Assembly: GCA_963710605.1 (NCBI GenBank)
Contig: CAVQBA010000007.1
Span: forward strand, 1-64,000
DNA: 64,000 nt
From: an uncultured cyanobacterium
GTDB lineage: Bacteria; Cyanobacteriota; Cyanobacteriia; Cyanobacteriales; Cyanobacteriaceae
Reading direction: 5' to 3'
The number at the start of each line of letters is the position of its first letter. The first letter of the stretch is position 1. A model generated the notes under the pieces. That model was not told the origin of the DNA, ran no database searches, and was given only the letters and a program-made list of their open reading frames with translations. The translations under genes were made by a program, and so were the position numbers. Below are positions 42,764 through 55,300 of the stretch, piece by piece.

Positions 42764-42824
42764 ATTGCCGTACAGGTAGCAAAGTTCTTTTGCTTTATCA
42801 ATTTTTTTTACCTGATCCGAACAC
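42764..42824 (-). promoter_or_regulatory. Structured 5' leader of rplU (L21-leader-like)
   Basis: CAGGTA...TACCTG pairing enclosing an AGCAAA/TTTGCT hairpin, just upstream of the RBS. Confidence 0.5.
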
Positions 42825-43154
42825 GATTATTGAACACACAATCTATAATTGTATCTTGAAAAATATATTAGTGCAAGACTTTGAAAAAACAAGTAAAGAC
42901 TGACAAATAAAAAGTAAACGACTTGAAAAAAAATTAAACAAGAGTAGCCACAGATCTTACTTTGAAACTATATTTGCCTTAATACCTAGATCTACTTATT
43001 TGATGTATATTTTAGCTCAAGGTGGAGTTTTATGAGCAATCAAACCCTGCTCTTTCAAAGAAGTGGGCGAAGTTTATAAATATCTGGTAAGCCCCCAGAT
43101 GACGAAAGATGCTATATTGCTGATTACTCCATCTAGTTTATTAGTTTATTAATC

Positions 43155-43238
43155 ATGAGTTTAACTATTTATTTTCTCAGACATGGTGAGGCAACCGCGC
43201 TCTTTGCTTATTCAACCGCTAGGAAAAAACCCTTATAA
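43155..43238 (+). pseudogene. N-terminal remnant of a histidine phosphatase (PGM family)
   Basis: MSLTIYFLRHGE (RHG motif) followed by unrelated sequence and a stop after 27 codons. Confidence 0.55.
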
Positions 43239-43374
43239 ATAACTTTTTTGAGAAGTAACTTGAGTCTTGGGCTTCTACTGCTTCTAACCGTAATTCTTTA
43301 TTCACAAATGACAATTGTTAATTGTTCGTTGTAAAATATATTATTCCCGCAAATTTGATCCGTAAAACTTGGTA

Positions 43375-45187
43375 ATGTCAGACAAATTTTCCCATCGAAC
43401 TAAAATTGTAGCTACTGTAGGTCCAGGTTGTGCAAACCCTGAAACATTAAAAGCCATGATATTAGCTGGTGCTAATACTTTTCGGCTCAATTTCTCTCAT
43501 GGTACTCATGAAGTACATCAAGCAAGTATTCGGATGATCAGACAGGTAGAAAATGAATTAAATATACCTGTAGGTATTCTGCAAGATTTACAAGGTCCTA
43601 AAATTAGATTGGGAAAATTTGCTTGTGGTTCGATCGATCTCAAAGAAGGAGACAATTATATCCTTACGAGTCGGCAAGTCGAATGTAATCAAGAGATAGG
43701 CTATATCAGTTACAAAAATCTGGCGGCAGAAGTACCTGTAAATGCTCGTATTCTACTTGATGATGGTCGGGTAGAAATGAAAGTAAAACAAATTGATCTG
43801 GAAAATAAAGATTTTCATTGTCAAGTCGTTGTGGGTGAGCTTTTCTAGTAATAAAGGAGTTAATTTTCCTAATATTTCTTTATCAGTCAAAGCCCTAACA
43901 GACAAGGACAAGAAAGATTTGATGTTTGGATTAGATCAAAGAGTTGATTGGGTAGCTTTAAGTTTTGTCTGTAAGCCTCAAGATATACTCGAAATTAAAG
44001 ATCTAATTAGTAGTGCAGGTAAATCTACCCCGGTGATTGCTAAAATCGAAAAACATGAAGCGATCGAACAAATGGAGGAAATACTCTCCTTATGCGATGG
44101 TGTGATGGTAGCTAGAGGTGATTTAGGAGTTGAATTACCCCCCGAAGATGTCCCAATTTTGCAAAAACGTTTGATTCGTACTGCTAATAGATTGGGTATC
44201 CCCGTTATTACAGCAACTCAAATGTTAGATAGTATGGTTAATAGCCCCAGCCCAACTAGAGCGGAGGTATCTGATGTAGCTAATGCCATTATTGATGGTA
44301 CAGATGCAGTGATGCTTTCAAATGAAAGTGCTGTAGGTAAATATCCAGTGTTAGCAGTAGCAACTATGGCCAAAATTGCCGCTCGGATGGAAAAAGAAAA
44401 AATCATTCCTAGCTACGATTATAATGACACCGCTAATCTCGCTGGTAACAACTCAGTTAATGCTCTTCCTAACGAGAATATTCCTACAGCTATTGCCGGT
44501 GCTGTAAGTCGAATCGCTGAACAATTAAATGTGGCGGCAATTATGACTTTAACCAAATCTGGAGCGACTGCTCGTAACGTTTCTAAATTTCGTCCACAAA
44601 CACCTATTTTTGCTGTTACTCCTCATGTACACGTCTCTCGTCAACTTCAGTTAGTTTGGGGTGTCAAACCATTATTATTATTAGATTTACCCGGACTGAG
44701 TAAAGTTTTTAATGCCGCTATTAATACTGCTAGAGAAAAAGGTTTATTACGAGATGGTGATTTAGTAATTATGACAGCAGGTACTTTACAAGGAGTATCT
44801 GGTTCAACTGATCTAGTTAAAGTTGAAGTTGTTAAAGGTTTATTAAGCCCCGGTGTAGGTATTGGGCAAGGTATCATCACAGGTAAAGCAAAAGTTATTA
44901 ATAATTTTTATGAATTAAATCATTTTCAAACAGGTGATATTTTAGTTACTAGCTCAACAGATAACCAACACGTCGAAATGATGATGAGTGCAAGTGCGAT
45001 CGTCACGGAAGAATCAGGTGTTCGTTCTCATGCGGCTCAAATTGGCTTACGTTTGGGGATTCCTGTTATCGTCGGCGTTAAAGATGCTACCACCATGATT
45101 AGAGATGCGAGTTTTGTTACTCTCAATATCGAACAAGGATTAGTTTATTTGGGTACTGATGGTACTAAGGATAAAGTCGATAGTTAA
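43375..45187 (+). pseudogene. pyk: Pyruvate kinase with C-terminal PEP-utilising domain, frameshifted near 43836-43846 (possibly a sequencing error)
   Basis: RTKIVATVGP, RLNFSHG, DLQGPKIR in frame 1; SSNKGVN, MVARGDLG, TATQMLDSM in frame 2. Confidence 0.92.
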
Positions 45188-45310
45188 TTGATAATTGATA
45201 ATTAGGAGAGTTTTCGATCGATAAAGTAATTATTTAGGTTTTGGGTTGAATGATATTCAACCCCGATAATGTTTTTCTTTTAATCTAAATAACGATCGAT
45301 CGTATCTCAT

Positions 45311-45787
45311 CTAAGCGATATTAGTAGGAGGATTGGCGTTAACTAAATTGCTCAAATTTTGTTTAATTGCTAATTGTAATTTATGACAATAAATCTCTTT
45401 ACTTTGCTGATAATCTTGAGGTTGATCAAGAAAAATTACACTATCAACACCTTTCATCGTAAACATTTGAAATAAAATTTGGGTAACAGGTAAAGCTTCA
45501 GCAACTAATTTATGGTCATCTATTTGACTATCAGAAAATTCGGTAGCGTCTTTGACTGAAGGAAAAGCATAAATTACTTTTTTCTCTATCTCAGGATTTT
45601 CTTCACTACCCAAAATAGTCAACAGTAGATTGTCATCGAGAGTTTGTCTTAAATAATATTGTGAATACTTTAGTTGTTTGGCAAAAACATTAATTACAGG
45701 TATAACTCCGTTTTGCATAATAACAGTAGGAACACCGTAATTAGGAGCTTCTTTAACTAAACTTTGTAGTTGCTGATCTAGATTCAT
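45311..45787 (-). CDS. Conserved cyanobacterial hypothetical protein
   Basis: 158 aa ORF with host-like codon use; YGVP and VIYAF motifs. Confidence 0.75.
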   Translation of the reverse strand: MNLDQQLQSLVKEAPNYGVPTVIMQNGVIPVINVFAKQLKYSQYYLRQTLDDNLLLTILGSEENPEIEKKVIYAFPSVKDATEFSDSQIDDHKLVAEALPVTQILFQMFTMKGVDSVIFLDQPQDYQQSKEIYCHKLQLAIKQNLSNLVNANPPTNIA

Positions 45788-45998
45788 AGTTTTGATCTTG
45801 CTTTATCTTCTCTATCCTATCAACTCAATTATTGATTATCAATTATTGCTTACCTTTTGTTAAAAACCACAATTGACAATTGAGAGTTGACAGTTGACAA
45901 TTAATTATTTGTTTTTAGGGACTAAATTATTAACTTTTGATTCTCTCTTCTCAGGTTAATTTTATCACTCTTAATTATCAATTTAATTTTGTATTTTT

Positions 45999-46913
45999 AT
46001 GAATAATTCGATCGTTGTATTTGTACCAGCTACCACCGCTAATTTAGGTGCAGGTTTTGATTGTTTGGGTGCGGCATTAACTCTTGAAAATGAATTTCAG
46101 TTTACTTTAAATCAGCAGAAAAAAACTACCTTAACTGTCGATGGTGATGGGGCAGAGCAAATTCAATTAACCGAAGATAATTTACTTTATAAGTCATTTT
46201 TACACTTCTATAAGTTTGTTGGTTTATCTGCACCTGATGTTGATTTTGGTGTGAAGATTAACGTTCCTTTAGCTAGGGGTTTAGGAAGCTCGGCAACGGC
46301 TATTATTGCTGGTTTGTTGGGTGCTAATTATTTTTCACCTCAAAAATTGTCAAAATCACAATTATTAGATTTAGCGATTGAAATTGAAGGGCATCCAGAT
46401 AACGTTGTACCTGCATTATTAGGTAATTGTATTTTAGCGGTAGGAGAAACCAATAATTGGCAATTTGTACCAATAACTTGTCAACCAGAAATTAAATTTA
46501 TCATTGCTATTCCTAACTTTGAGTTATCAACTCAAGCCGCTCGATTGGTTTTACCGCCTCATGTTAGTTATAGTGATGCAGTTTATAATATGGCTCATCT
46601 AAGTCTTTTAATCAAAGGTTTGGAAACAGGTAATAGTGAGTGGTTAACCGAAGCATTAAAAGATAAATTACATCAACCTTATCGTAAAAGTTTAATTACA
46701 GGATACGATCGATTATCCGAAAATGTGATCAATGCAGGGGGTTACGGCATGGTGATTAGTGGTGCAGGACCAACGTTATTAGCTTTATGCGATGAGATTC
46801 ATCAAAAAGAAGTAATTGAAACGATGACAGAAACTTGGCAAGAATTCGGAGTAGAAGCGGTGGTTAAATGCTTAGATTTACAAACGCAAGGAGCGAGGAT
46901 AATTGATATATAA
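45999..46913 (+). CDS. thrB: Homoserine kinase
   Basis: PATTANLGAGFD, PLARGLGSSA, EGHPDN, ISGAGPT. Confidence 0.96.
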   Translation: MNNSIVVFVPATTANLGAGFDCLGAALTLENEFQFTLNQQKKTTLTVDGDGAEQIQLTEDNLLYKSFLHFYKFVGLSAPDVDFGVKINVPLARGLGSSATAIIAGLLGANYFSPQKLSKSQLLDLAIEIEGHPDNVVPALLGNCILAVGETNNWQFVPITCQPEIKFIIAIPNFELSTQAARLVLPPHVSYSDAVYNMAHLSLLIKGLETGNSEWLTEALKDKLHQPYRKSLITGYDRLSENVINAGGYGMVISGAGPTLLALCDEIHQKEVIETMTETWQEFGVEAVVKCLDLQTQGARIIDI

Positions 46914-47223
46914 GTAGGGCGAGGCACACCCCAGCAAGTATACTAGATAACTAATTTTTATGAAATTCTTAATAAAGATCGTAAATGAACTTAATACAAT
47001 GTACCTTGTATAACAATTGAAAACGATCGCTAAGTAGGTAAACAAACTCTCTCCTCCTCAGAAACTCCCTCTGCGTACTCTGCGTACTCTGCGGTTTAAA
47101 AAAATACACGCATCATGTTAAAAACCAGAAACATTTTAGGCGACCAAAACTAAAGGTACATTGCATTGATAGCTAATGTACCCGAACACGCTGTGCGTGC
47201 CACTTCTTGATCGTAATTTAAAC

Positions 47224-49266
47224 TTACGTTTGTTTCATATCCGCAATCGCACCTCTTGCCATATTAGCGATCGCACTATCGGTAGCTTTAGGTAACTGAT
47301 AATAAGTACCACCTGCGGTTTTAGCCAACTCCTTACCAAAACCAGTAGAGACAAACTTCTTCTCAGTATCAATTACTAACAACTTGAACCCCATCGATCG
47401 AATTTTAGCGGCAATTTCTAATAACTCCTTTTTAATATCGGGTTTTTCGCCTTCGGGTATCGTTTCACCTAAAGATTTAGCTAGAGGAATATTACCTCGT
47501 CCATCCGTAATCGCCACAATGACAACTTGTCCTATATCACCAGACATTTGAGCATTTACCCCTACATGAACGGCTTGAGATAAAGCATGGGCTAGAGGAG
47601 AGCCACCACCACAAGGTAAGGTTTCTAAACGGCTACGGGCTAAGGTTATCGATCGAGTTGGCGGTAACAACACATCCGCTTGTTCGCCACGAAAAGGAAT
47701 TAATGAAACTTGGTCTCGGTTTTCATAAGCTTCAGTTAATAAACGCATCACCGCACCTTTAGCTGATTGCATCCGATTAAGTGCCATCGAACCCGAAGCA
47801 TCCACCGCAAAGACGATTAAAGCCCCTGCTTTTCTAGCTAGACGTTTTGACCTCAAATCTCCCTGTTCAACGATTACATTACGGTTAGGATTGCGTTGTC
47901 GGCGTTGTTTTTGGTAGGGTGCGGCGGCTCTTAAAGTGGCATCTACCGCTATTCTTCTGACCTTTCCTTTAGGTATCATCGGTTTGATATAACGCCCTCT
48001 ATCATCGGAGAAAATTAAATTTCTGGCTCCAGATTTACCTAATCTTTGAGCTTGTTGGGCAAAATACAACACAGAAGGATCTAAAATTACTCCTTCGATA
48101 TCAAAGACAAACTCCTCTGGAATTGCAGGTGGCTCTTTATTTTCTTCCTCTTGCTCTTCATCTTCTTCCTCTTTATCATCCTCATCCTCATCTTCTTGAT
48201 CGTCTTCACTTTGATCTTGTGGTGGTGGCGGAGGTGGTGGTGGTTGCATATCCTCTTCATCAGGAGGAGTTTGAATTACTGTCGATCGTGGTACAATCAC
48301 TAATTCAACTGCTTTACGTAAATCATCAGCACTAACTTGCTCTCTTCCTTCAAGGGCGGCGGCGGCTTTGGCTACTCTAACAGCAAATATTTCGGCTCGA
48401 TGCCCTTCTACTTCTCCTCTAACTGCTTCTTCGACTAAGTATTTAACTTGTTCGGTACTGATTTTGACTTCTTTTAACCATTCTCTGGCGAGGATGATTT
48501 CCGTTCTCAGGTTATCAATATCTTCATCATATTCATCGAGAAATTTTTGAGGAGAAGAGCTATATTCAATAACTTGCTCAACTGCTTGCACTCTTTCATC
48601 TAAGGCTAGTACTCCATCAGCAGATAAAGCGATCGCTATTCGATCTAATAAATGTTCTCTTAATGTACCTTCTTCGGGGTTATAAGTCGCAATTAATAAA
48701 GGTTTGCAAGGATGAGAAAAACTAATACCTTCTCGTTCAATTTTATTTTTGCCATCGGTTAAAACTGTTAGTAATTGATTAGCAATTTGGTCATCTAAAA
48801 GGTTAATTTCATCAATATACAATACACCTCGATGGGCTTGGGCTAATAATCCAGGTTGAAAAATAGGTTCACCTTGTTTAACCGATTCTTCTACATCAAC
48901 TGAGCCAAGTAATCTATCTTCGGTAACACCTAAAGGTATTTGTACGAAGGGAGAGGGAATTACAGCTTTGGGGATGTCTTCTAAAGCCTTATTTTCATAT
49001 TGTTCTAAGGTATCATCATCCCAATCTTCTGGGCTTTCAGGATTACAATTAAAAGGATTATTTTCGATCACTTCTATGGGCGGTAAAAGAGCATGAATTC
49101 CTCTCGCCATCACTGATTTTGCTGTTCCTCTTTTCCCGGCGATCGCTACCCCACCAAGAGAAGGATCGACAGAAGCTAGAAGTAATGCTGTTTTGATGGC
49201 TTGTTGACCGATAACTGCTGTTAAGGGAAAGTTGGTATTTATCTTGTTTGAAATAACCTGTGGCAT
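47224..49266 (-). CDS. chlD: Magnesium chelatase subunit D
   Basis: AAA domain, poly-Pro/acidic linker, vWA DASGSM. Confidence 0.96.
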   Translation of the reverse strand: MPQVISNKINTNFPLTAVIGQQAIKTALLLASVDPSLGGVAIAGKRGTAKSVMARGIHALLPPIEVIENNPFNCNPESPEDWDDDTLEQYENKALEDIPKAVIPSPFVQIPLGVTEDRLLGSVDVEESVKQGEPIFQPGLLAQAHRGVLYIDEINLLDDQIANQLLTVLTDGKNKIEREGISFSHPCKPLLIATYNPEEGTLREHLLDRIAIALSADGVLALDERVQAVEQVIEYSSSPQKFLDEYDEDIDNLRTEIILAREWLKEVKISTEQVKYLVEEAVRGEVEGHRAEIFAVRVAKAAAALEGREQVSADDLRKAVELVIVPRSTVIQTPPDEEDMQPPPPPPPPQDQSEDDQEDEDEDDKEEEDEEQEEENKEPPAIPEEFVFDIEGVILDPSVLYFAQQAQRLGKSGARNLIFSDDRGRYIKPMIPKGKVRRIAVDATLRAAAPYQKQRRQRNPNRNVIVEQGDLRSKRLARKAGALIVFAVDASGSMALNRMQSAKGAVMRLLTEAYENRDQVSLIPFRGEQADVLLPPTRSITLARSRLETLPCGGGSPLAHALSQAVHVGVNAQMSGDIGQVVIVAITDGRGNIPLAKSLGETIPEGEKPDIKKELLEIAAKIRSMGFKLLVIDTEKKFVSTGFGKELAKTAGGTYYQLPKATDSAIANMARGAIADMKQT

Positions 49267-49722
49267 TAATAACTACACTATATTATAAATATATAGACGA
49301 TTAAAAATAATTTTTAAATACAATCTCCTATTTTACCTTAGTTACCATTACCCGTTAATAGTTAATACTTTTTACTCAATTGTCCATTGCCTTTATTTTT
49401 AATTAAGCAATATTTAGAAGCAAATAAATTATTAGAAGAAAGAATGTTTAGCCAGTGGATGTTATGTCAGTAATGATGTGAGGCAGGGAATTGAAGAGAG
49501 TATGTATTTACTTACGACAAACAAGTAGTAGGGGTGTAAGGCTTACACCCACAATCATAAATTCAGTATCATGATTTACCCTGATTATTTGATTTACAAG
49601 ATTGATTATTTAAAATGATTTTAACTTATGTTTTTTATTAGAATACACAATAGATTAAAGGTAAATCAGGTTATCAATACTGAAACGGACTTAATTGAAG
49701 ATAAGTGATTACCACAGATTAA

Positions 49723-50106
49723 TTATTTATCTATTTTTAATTGAGATAATAAAAACTTTAATCGATCGTGATCAGTAATATATAAATATCCGAGTAAAGT
49801 TTCTAACCCAGTAGCTTGTTGATAAACTTGTCGGGATAAACGTCGAGGAGATTTGTTAACCGCATTTCTACCACGACGCACCCAATTCAACTCCGTTTCT
49901 GTAAGTAAAGGATAAATACTTTGTAAATAAATAGCTTGAGTTTCTGCCCTCACTTTTCCTACTACTTGATGATGATAATCAGCAATCTTTTTAGCAGGTA
50001 ATAAATAACAATCACGAACATATAGTTCGTAAATTGCGTCTCCGATATAAGCTAAAGAATTAGGAGAAACTGTATTTAGGGCAGAAACAGGAATATTATC
50101 AAACAT
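49723..50106 (-). CDS. mrnC: Mini-ribonuclease III
   Basis: LAYIGDAIYELYVR, RRGRN, YQQATGLETLLGYLY. Confidence 0.92.
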   Translation of the reverse strand: MFDNIPVSALNTVSPNSLAYIGDAIYELYVRDCYLLPAKKIADYHHQVVGKVRAETQAIYLQSIYPLLTETELNWVRRGRNAVNKSPRRLSRQVYQQATGLETLLGYLYITDHDRLKFLLSQLKIDK

Positions 50107-50193
50107 AAATCGTTTGTAAAATTAGCAATAGACAAAGCACAACCTCACCCTGAGGCTCAGATTGAGGTTACTTTGTTGAGTGATATTTTTCAT

Positions 50194-50553
50194 TTAGATA
50201 TCATTTGTAGCTTCTTCTAGAGAATTTTTCAAATTCAGAAACTTATCTAATCTAACCATTTTAACGGTTTGATTAACTCTAGGGTTACTGACAATTTGTA
50301 ATCTTCCTTTACAGTTATCAATATGTTTAGAGATTCTGACTAATGCCCCTAATCCTGAACTATCAATAAAATCGATTTGAGATAAATCAAGAATAACTTC
50401 ACTAGAATTCTCTTTTATGTGTCCAATAACTACTTTTTGAAAAGTAGGTTCAGAAAAAGCATCTAACTGACCTAATAAATGAAAAATTTGGCAATTTTTT
50501 CTGACTTCACGAGTCCCTCTCAGACTAACTGTCAGGTTTAGTTGTTCGGAAAT
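50194..50553 (-). CDS. STAS-domain anti-sigma factor antagonist, ATT start (absent from the ORF track)
   Basis: 119 codons: (M)SEQLNLTVSLRGTREV...GQLDAFSEPTF...ILDLSQIDFIDSSGLGALV; strong SD AAGGAGGT 4 nt before ATT. Confidence 0.88.
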   Translation of the reverse strand: MSEQLNLTVSLRGTREVRKNCQIFHLLGQLDAFSEPTFQKVVIGHIKENSSEVILDLSQIDFIDSSGLGALVRISKHIDNCKGRLQIVSNPRVNQTVKMVRLDKFLNLKNSLEEATNDI

Positions 50554-50651
50554 GGTTACCTCCTTACGTGGTCTGTCCTTAATTAATTAATAGTATAATA
50601 TAACTCAATTTCATCTTTATTTTAAACTTTTATTACAAAAAATGACTAGTT

Positions 50652-50969
50652 ATGAATTTTTTGAGGCTCAGTCAAGGAAAATTATTCGCTTTTGGGATTT
50701 GTTTTTGTTCGCTGATATTGCCTAATTTAAAGTCTGTTGCCCTACCTCCTCCTGATGATTTACCTGAAGAGGTTTTAGCCACTCAAATCATCCTTGAAGC
50801 TCGTTCTGATATTGATAACAGTGCTTTAACGGTGGAAGAGTATGCCGCAGAAAAAATTGCTCAAAAACAAAGGGCTTTTGCACCTGAGATTGATTCTAGT
50901 ATTAGGCAAAGACTTTATTTAATTCAACTTCTTAAATTATTAAAAACGATTTCACCAGTCAATAATTAA
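50652..50969 (+). CDS. Conserved cyanobacterial hypothetical exported protein
   Basis: Signal-like N-terminus; ALPPPDDLPEEVL...ARS motif. Confidence 0.7.
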   Translation: MNFLRLSQGKLFAFGICFCSLILPNLKSVALPPPDDLPEEVLATQIILEARSDIDNSALTVEEYAAEKIAQKQRAFAPEIDSSIRQRLYLIQLLKLLKTISPVNN

Positions 50970-51291
50970 TTTGAGCTTGTTATTCATCGATATATTAAGT
51001 AATGCAAAATATCGCTAATTTTTATAACAAAAAGGACTAAAAAAAATTTGACGATCGCATAATAGAAAATAGAGGGAAAGTATTTCCAAAACAAAAAGTT
51101 TTTTAGTTCATAGCAATAAATAGTATCCTGCTAAATAAAACACTATCATAAATAAAAGCAAAAATTGCTGATAAATATCATTAAGTAAATAGAGATTATT
51201 TAACGGGAAAATTGAACTTTAATGTTGCTAAGATTCACTGATTAAAACTCTCCCTTTGATATTAGTTAAATAGAAGGAGAAACGATCGCTT

Positions 51292-51426
51292 ATGAATATG
51301 TCTAATCTGCTAGAAAATATAGTTCAGTATCTGACAGAGGCTTTTACCAGAATTTTTAGTCCGATGGAAGAATCTCTGCCAAAAATAGGTGTACAGCCAT
51401 TCGGTTGTGCTTTATATTGGAAATAA
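51292..51426 (+). CDS. atpT: 44 aa microprotein resembling AtpTheta/Norf1 (ATP synthase inhibitor)
   Basis: MNMSNLLENIVQYLTEAFTRIFSPMEESLPKIGVQPFGCALYWK; SD AAGGAG upstream; family recognised from memory. Confidence 0.65.
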   Translation: MNMSNLLENIVQYLTEAFTRIFSPMEESLPKIGVQPFGCALYWK

Positions 51427-51480
51427 TTGATTTTCAATAATATTATTACTAATTTGTGAAGGTGAAGTTAATTTATAGCT

Positions 51481-51897
51481 TCATTTTTTTTGTTCGTTTT
51501 GCTTAACAAAAAAGATTGGACTTACATTAGGATCAACTTTATAAGTATTTTTTTGAGTAATCTTACGACTTAAAAGAGGATCAAAAGTAGTACCAAAATT
51601 CTCTTCTAGTTTTGCTACTCTAGGTTGAATTTTTTCGATCTCAAAGTCGATTTCAGCTAGTTTTTCTTGTTGTACCTGATGATAAGGTAATAATTGTTTA
51701 AAACTAACAATAGCTAATACTGACAAACCGACATTAGCCGATAACTTTAAGCTAGTTTCGATCGCTTTTTTGAGATTAGCACGACGGCTTAAACGTTGCT
51801 CTTGTTTTAATGCACGTTTATTCCATACTGATTGAACATAGTTTTGATGATGAGAACGACGCTCATTTAAAGGAATAGAAGAATTCATAATACACAC
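51481..51897 (-). CDS. Conserved cyanobacterial bitopic coiled-coil protein (possibly division-related)
   Basis: Basic N-terminus, one TM helix, LLPY then coiled coil, FDP motif. Confidence 0.7.
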   Translation of the reverse strand: MCIMNSSIPLNERRSHHQNYVQSVWNKRALKQEQRLSRRANLKKAIETSLKLSANVGLSVLAIVSFKQLLPYHQVQQEKLAEIDFEIEKIQPRVAKLEENFGTTFDPLLSRKITQKNTYKVDPNVSPIFFVKQNEQKK

Positions 51898-52382
51898 CTC
51901 ACAATTTTTTGGTATTTAGAAAAATAGCCTAGATTTTCTTGCTTCAACGATCGAGTATAAGAAAAGATACATCAAAGACGATAAAAAGAAAAGATTACTT
52001 AATCTCTATGTTAAACACAAAATTAGACAACTGACATAATTTTTCGATTTAGTTAAGATAATAGACCATGATCATCACCAAAAGTCAACATAAAATAACT
52101 TTTTTTAACAAAAAAACTGATCATCTTAAACCTAAAGTTAGACAACAACCAAATTGAGAACAAGAGATAAAGAAGTGCCATTCGTTTGAGATGAATTGAT
52201 TTTTCATCCCTAATCCCTAACATCTAATACTTAATTCTTAACACCTAATTTTTACATTTGTTAAAAAGATGATTAAAACTTTACTTTAATAAAACATACT
52301 TAACCCTATTTATTAGAGTAAGAAGTTAGAATCGACAGTAGATTTATCTTGTTTGGCAATTTCTGTATTTTCAATCTTATTT

Positions 52383-55300
52383 ATGTCAGAAAAACAACCT
52401 AGTGATGACTCTTTTATTGATCAGCAAAAAGAAATTTTTTTTGTTGTCGGCATTGGTGCTTCGGCGGGAGGATTACCTGCAATTGAAGAGTTTTTTAGAC
52501 ATATGCCGATCGATACAAACGCCGTATTCGTATTGATTCAACATTTATCACCAGACTTTAAAAGTTTGATGAAAGAGCTTTTACAAAGACATACTCGGAT
52601 GAATATATATCGAGTGGTAGATGCAATGGAATTAAAACCTAACTCAGTTTATTTGATACCACCGGGGAAAAATTTGGTATTGAATAATCAACGACTTCAT
52701 GTATTAGAAAAAAAAGCAAAAAATCATTATGGGCTTAACTTTCCCATCGATATCTTTTTTGATTCACTAGCCCAAAACTATCACGATCGAGCTATAGCCG
52801 TAATTTTATCAGGTACTGGTAGTGATGGCACTAAAGGTGTACGCTCAATCAACAAAAATGGTGGTTTTGTAATGGTACAAACTCCAGAAACTGCCAAATT
52901 TGATGGAATGCCCCGAACAGCTATTGGTACGGGAGTTGTCGATCAAGTCTTACCACCACAAGACTTAGCACAAGTTATTGCTCAAGTTGTTAAATCTACG
53001 CCTCTTACATCTCAACAAAATCAAGAGCAAACTAATATCATTGATGATCATGATTTGCAACGTATTGTTAAAATATTAGCTCAAGATAATCTAACTGATT
53101 TTTCTCAATACAAAACTAATATTCTTTCTCGTCGTATTCAACGTCGATTTTTAATTAGTGGTTGTCTTAGTATCGATGAGTTTATCTTCAAGTTAGAAAA
53201 TTATCCCAGACAAAGAGCAACTCTTCGTCATGATTTGTTGATTAGTGTAACTCAGTTTTTCCGTAATCCTCAAGCATGGAATTTTTTAAAGCAAACTGTT
53301 ATTGGGCAATTGATTGCTCAAAACGAACCAGAAACAGATATACGTTGCTGGGTAACAGCTTGTGCGACAGGAGAAGAAGCCTATTCTTTAGCGATGTTAT
53401 TAGATGAAGCAATTAATAAATCAGGTAAATCGATCAAATTTAAAATTTTTGCAACTGATATTGATAAATTAGCTTTAGAAAAAGCCACTCAAGGTATTTA
53501 TTCTTCCATGGCTAGTAATAATATCAGTAATCAACTTTTAGAGCGTTATTTTATTCGTAAAGATAACTCGTTACAAGTAATTCGTCAATTAAGAGAAAAA
53601 ATATTATTTGCTAATCATGACTTGACTAAAGATGCTAGTTTTAGACGAATGAATTTTATTAGTTGTCGTAATGTTTTAATTTATTTGCAACCACAATTAC
53701 AACAACAAATATTAAAAAACTTACATTTTTCTTTAACTAATCAAGGTATTCTGTTTTTAGGAGAAGCAGAAACTTTAGGTTCGATTAAATCTGAATTTGA
53801 TACTCTTAATCTAAAAAGAAAATTTTATCAAAAACGAAAAAATGTTGTCTTAAAAACACCCGTTCAAAATTCGGTATCACATCTTCTTCAACCTGCGTCT
53901 TTTTCTGCCAGTAAGCAAAAAGAAGAAAGGAAAGTTGAAATTATCTTGAATAAAGCTTTTAATACTTTTTTAGCTAAATACAATGCTATTTGTTTTTTAG
54001 TCAATCGAGAACATAAACTTTTTCATACTTTTAATAACGCTTCTAAGGTGCTTAAATTACCTAAAGGCAAAACCACAAATGAGATTACTCAATTAGTTAT
54101 ACCTAGTTTACAACTACCATTAACAACTGCTTTACATCGAGCTTATATAGAAAAAGAAACAGTTTCTTATACAGGGATAAAATCAACCTTATTAGAAGAA
54201 GATTCAATTAAACAAAACACTCAGCTAAAACTTGAGGTAACTTATAACCAAACTAGTCAAGTGAGTGATGATTTTTATACCATCATTATTCAAGAAGAAG
54301 AATTACTCCAACATACATCAGCAGAAGTATTTGATTTTGATGGCGAGTCTTCTTGCCAAATTGTCGGATTAAAGTATGAGTTACAACAAACTCGTCAAAA
54401 TTTGCAAACTGTAATCCAAGAATTAGAAGTTACGAATGAAGAGCAACAAACTACAAATGAAGAATTAATCGCCTCTAACGAAGAATTACAAAGTACGAAT
54501 GAAGAACTTCATTCTGTTAACGAAGAGCTTTATACTGTTAATGCAGAGTATCAATCAAAAATTGAAGAGTTAACCCAATTAAATAACGATGTTGATAATC
54601 TTTTGCGTAGTGCAGATGTCGGAGTTGTCTTTTTAGATAAAAACTTAAAAATACGTAAATTTACACCTCCGGCAACTTTAGTAATTAATCTAGTTGAAAC
54701 GGATATCGATCGACCTTTAGAACATATTACCAACAATCTTGATTGTGATAATTTACTGGAATTGCTCAAACAAGTTATTGATAGCCAAAAAGTCTTAGAA
54801 AAAGAAGTTAGACAAGTCAAAAAAGATTTTTATCTCTTGATGCGAATTAATCCTTATCTTCTAGAAGATGGTAGTTTAGACGGTATCGTGATTACTTTTA
54901 CAGATATAGATGAGTTGAAAAGAATTCAGCAACAAATTTATCATGTAAATCAAGACTTACAAAAATCACAAACCCAATTACGTCACTTAAATCAAGATTT
55001 AGAATATAGAGTACAAGAGCGTACTGATGCCCTACAAAAATCAGAAACTAGATTAAGAGCGATTTTACGAACGACATCTTCAATGATTAGTCTTAAAGAT
55101 ATTAATGGTAATTATTTGTTAGTTAATCAACAGTATTCTAAATTATTAGGAATTAAACTAGAAGAAATTTTAGGTAAAGGTACAAACGATCTTTTTCCTC
55201 AAAACATTGCTGATATTTTAATCAATAACGATCGACAAGTATTACAAAGTAAACAAGTACTTCAATTTGAAGAGCAGATTATTTTACCTGATGGTAATAT

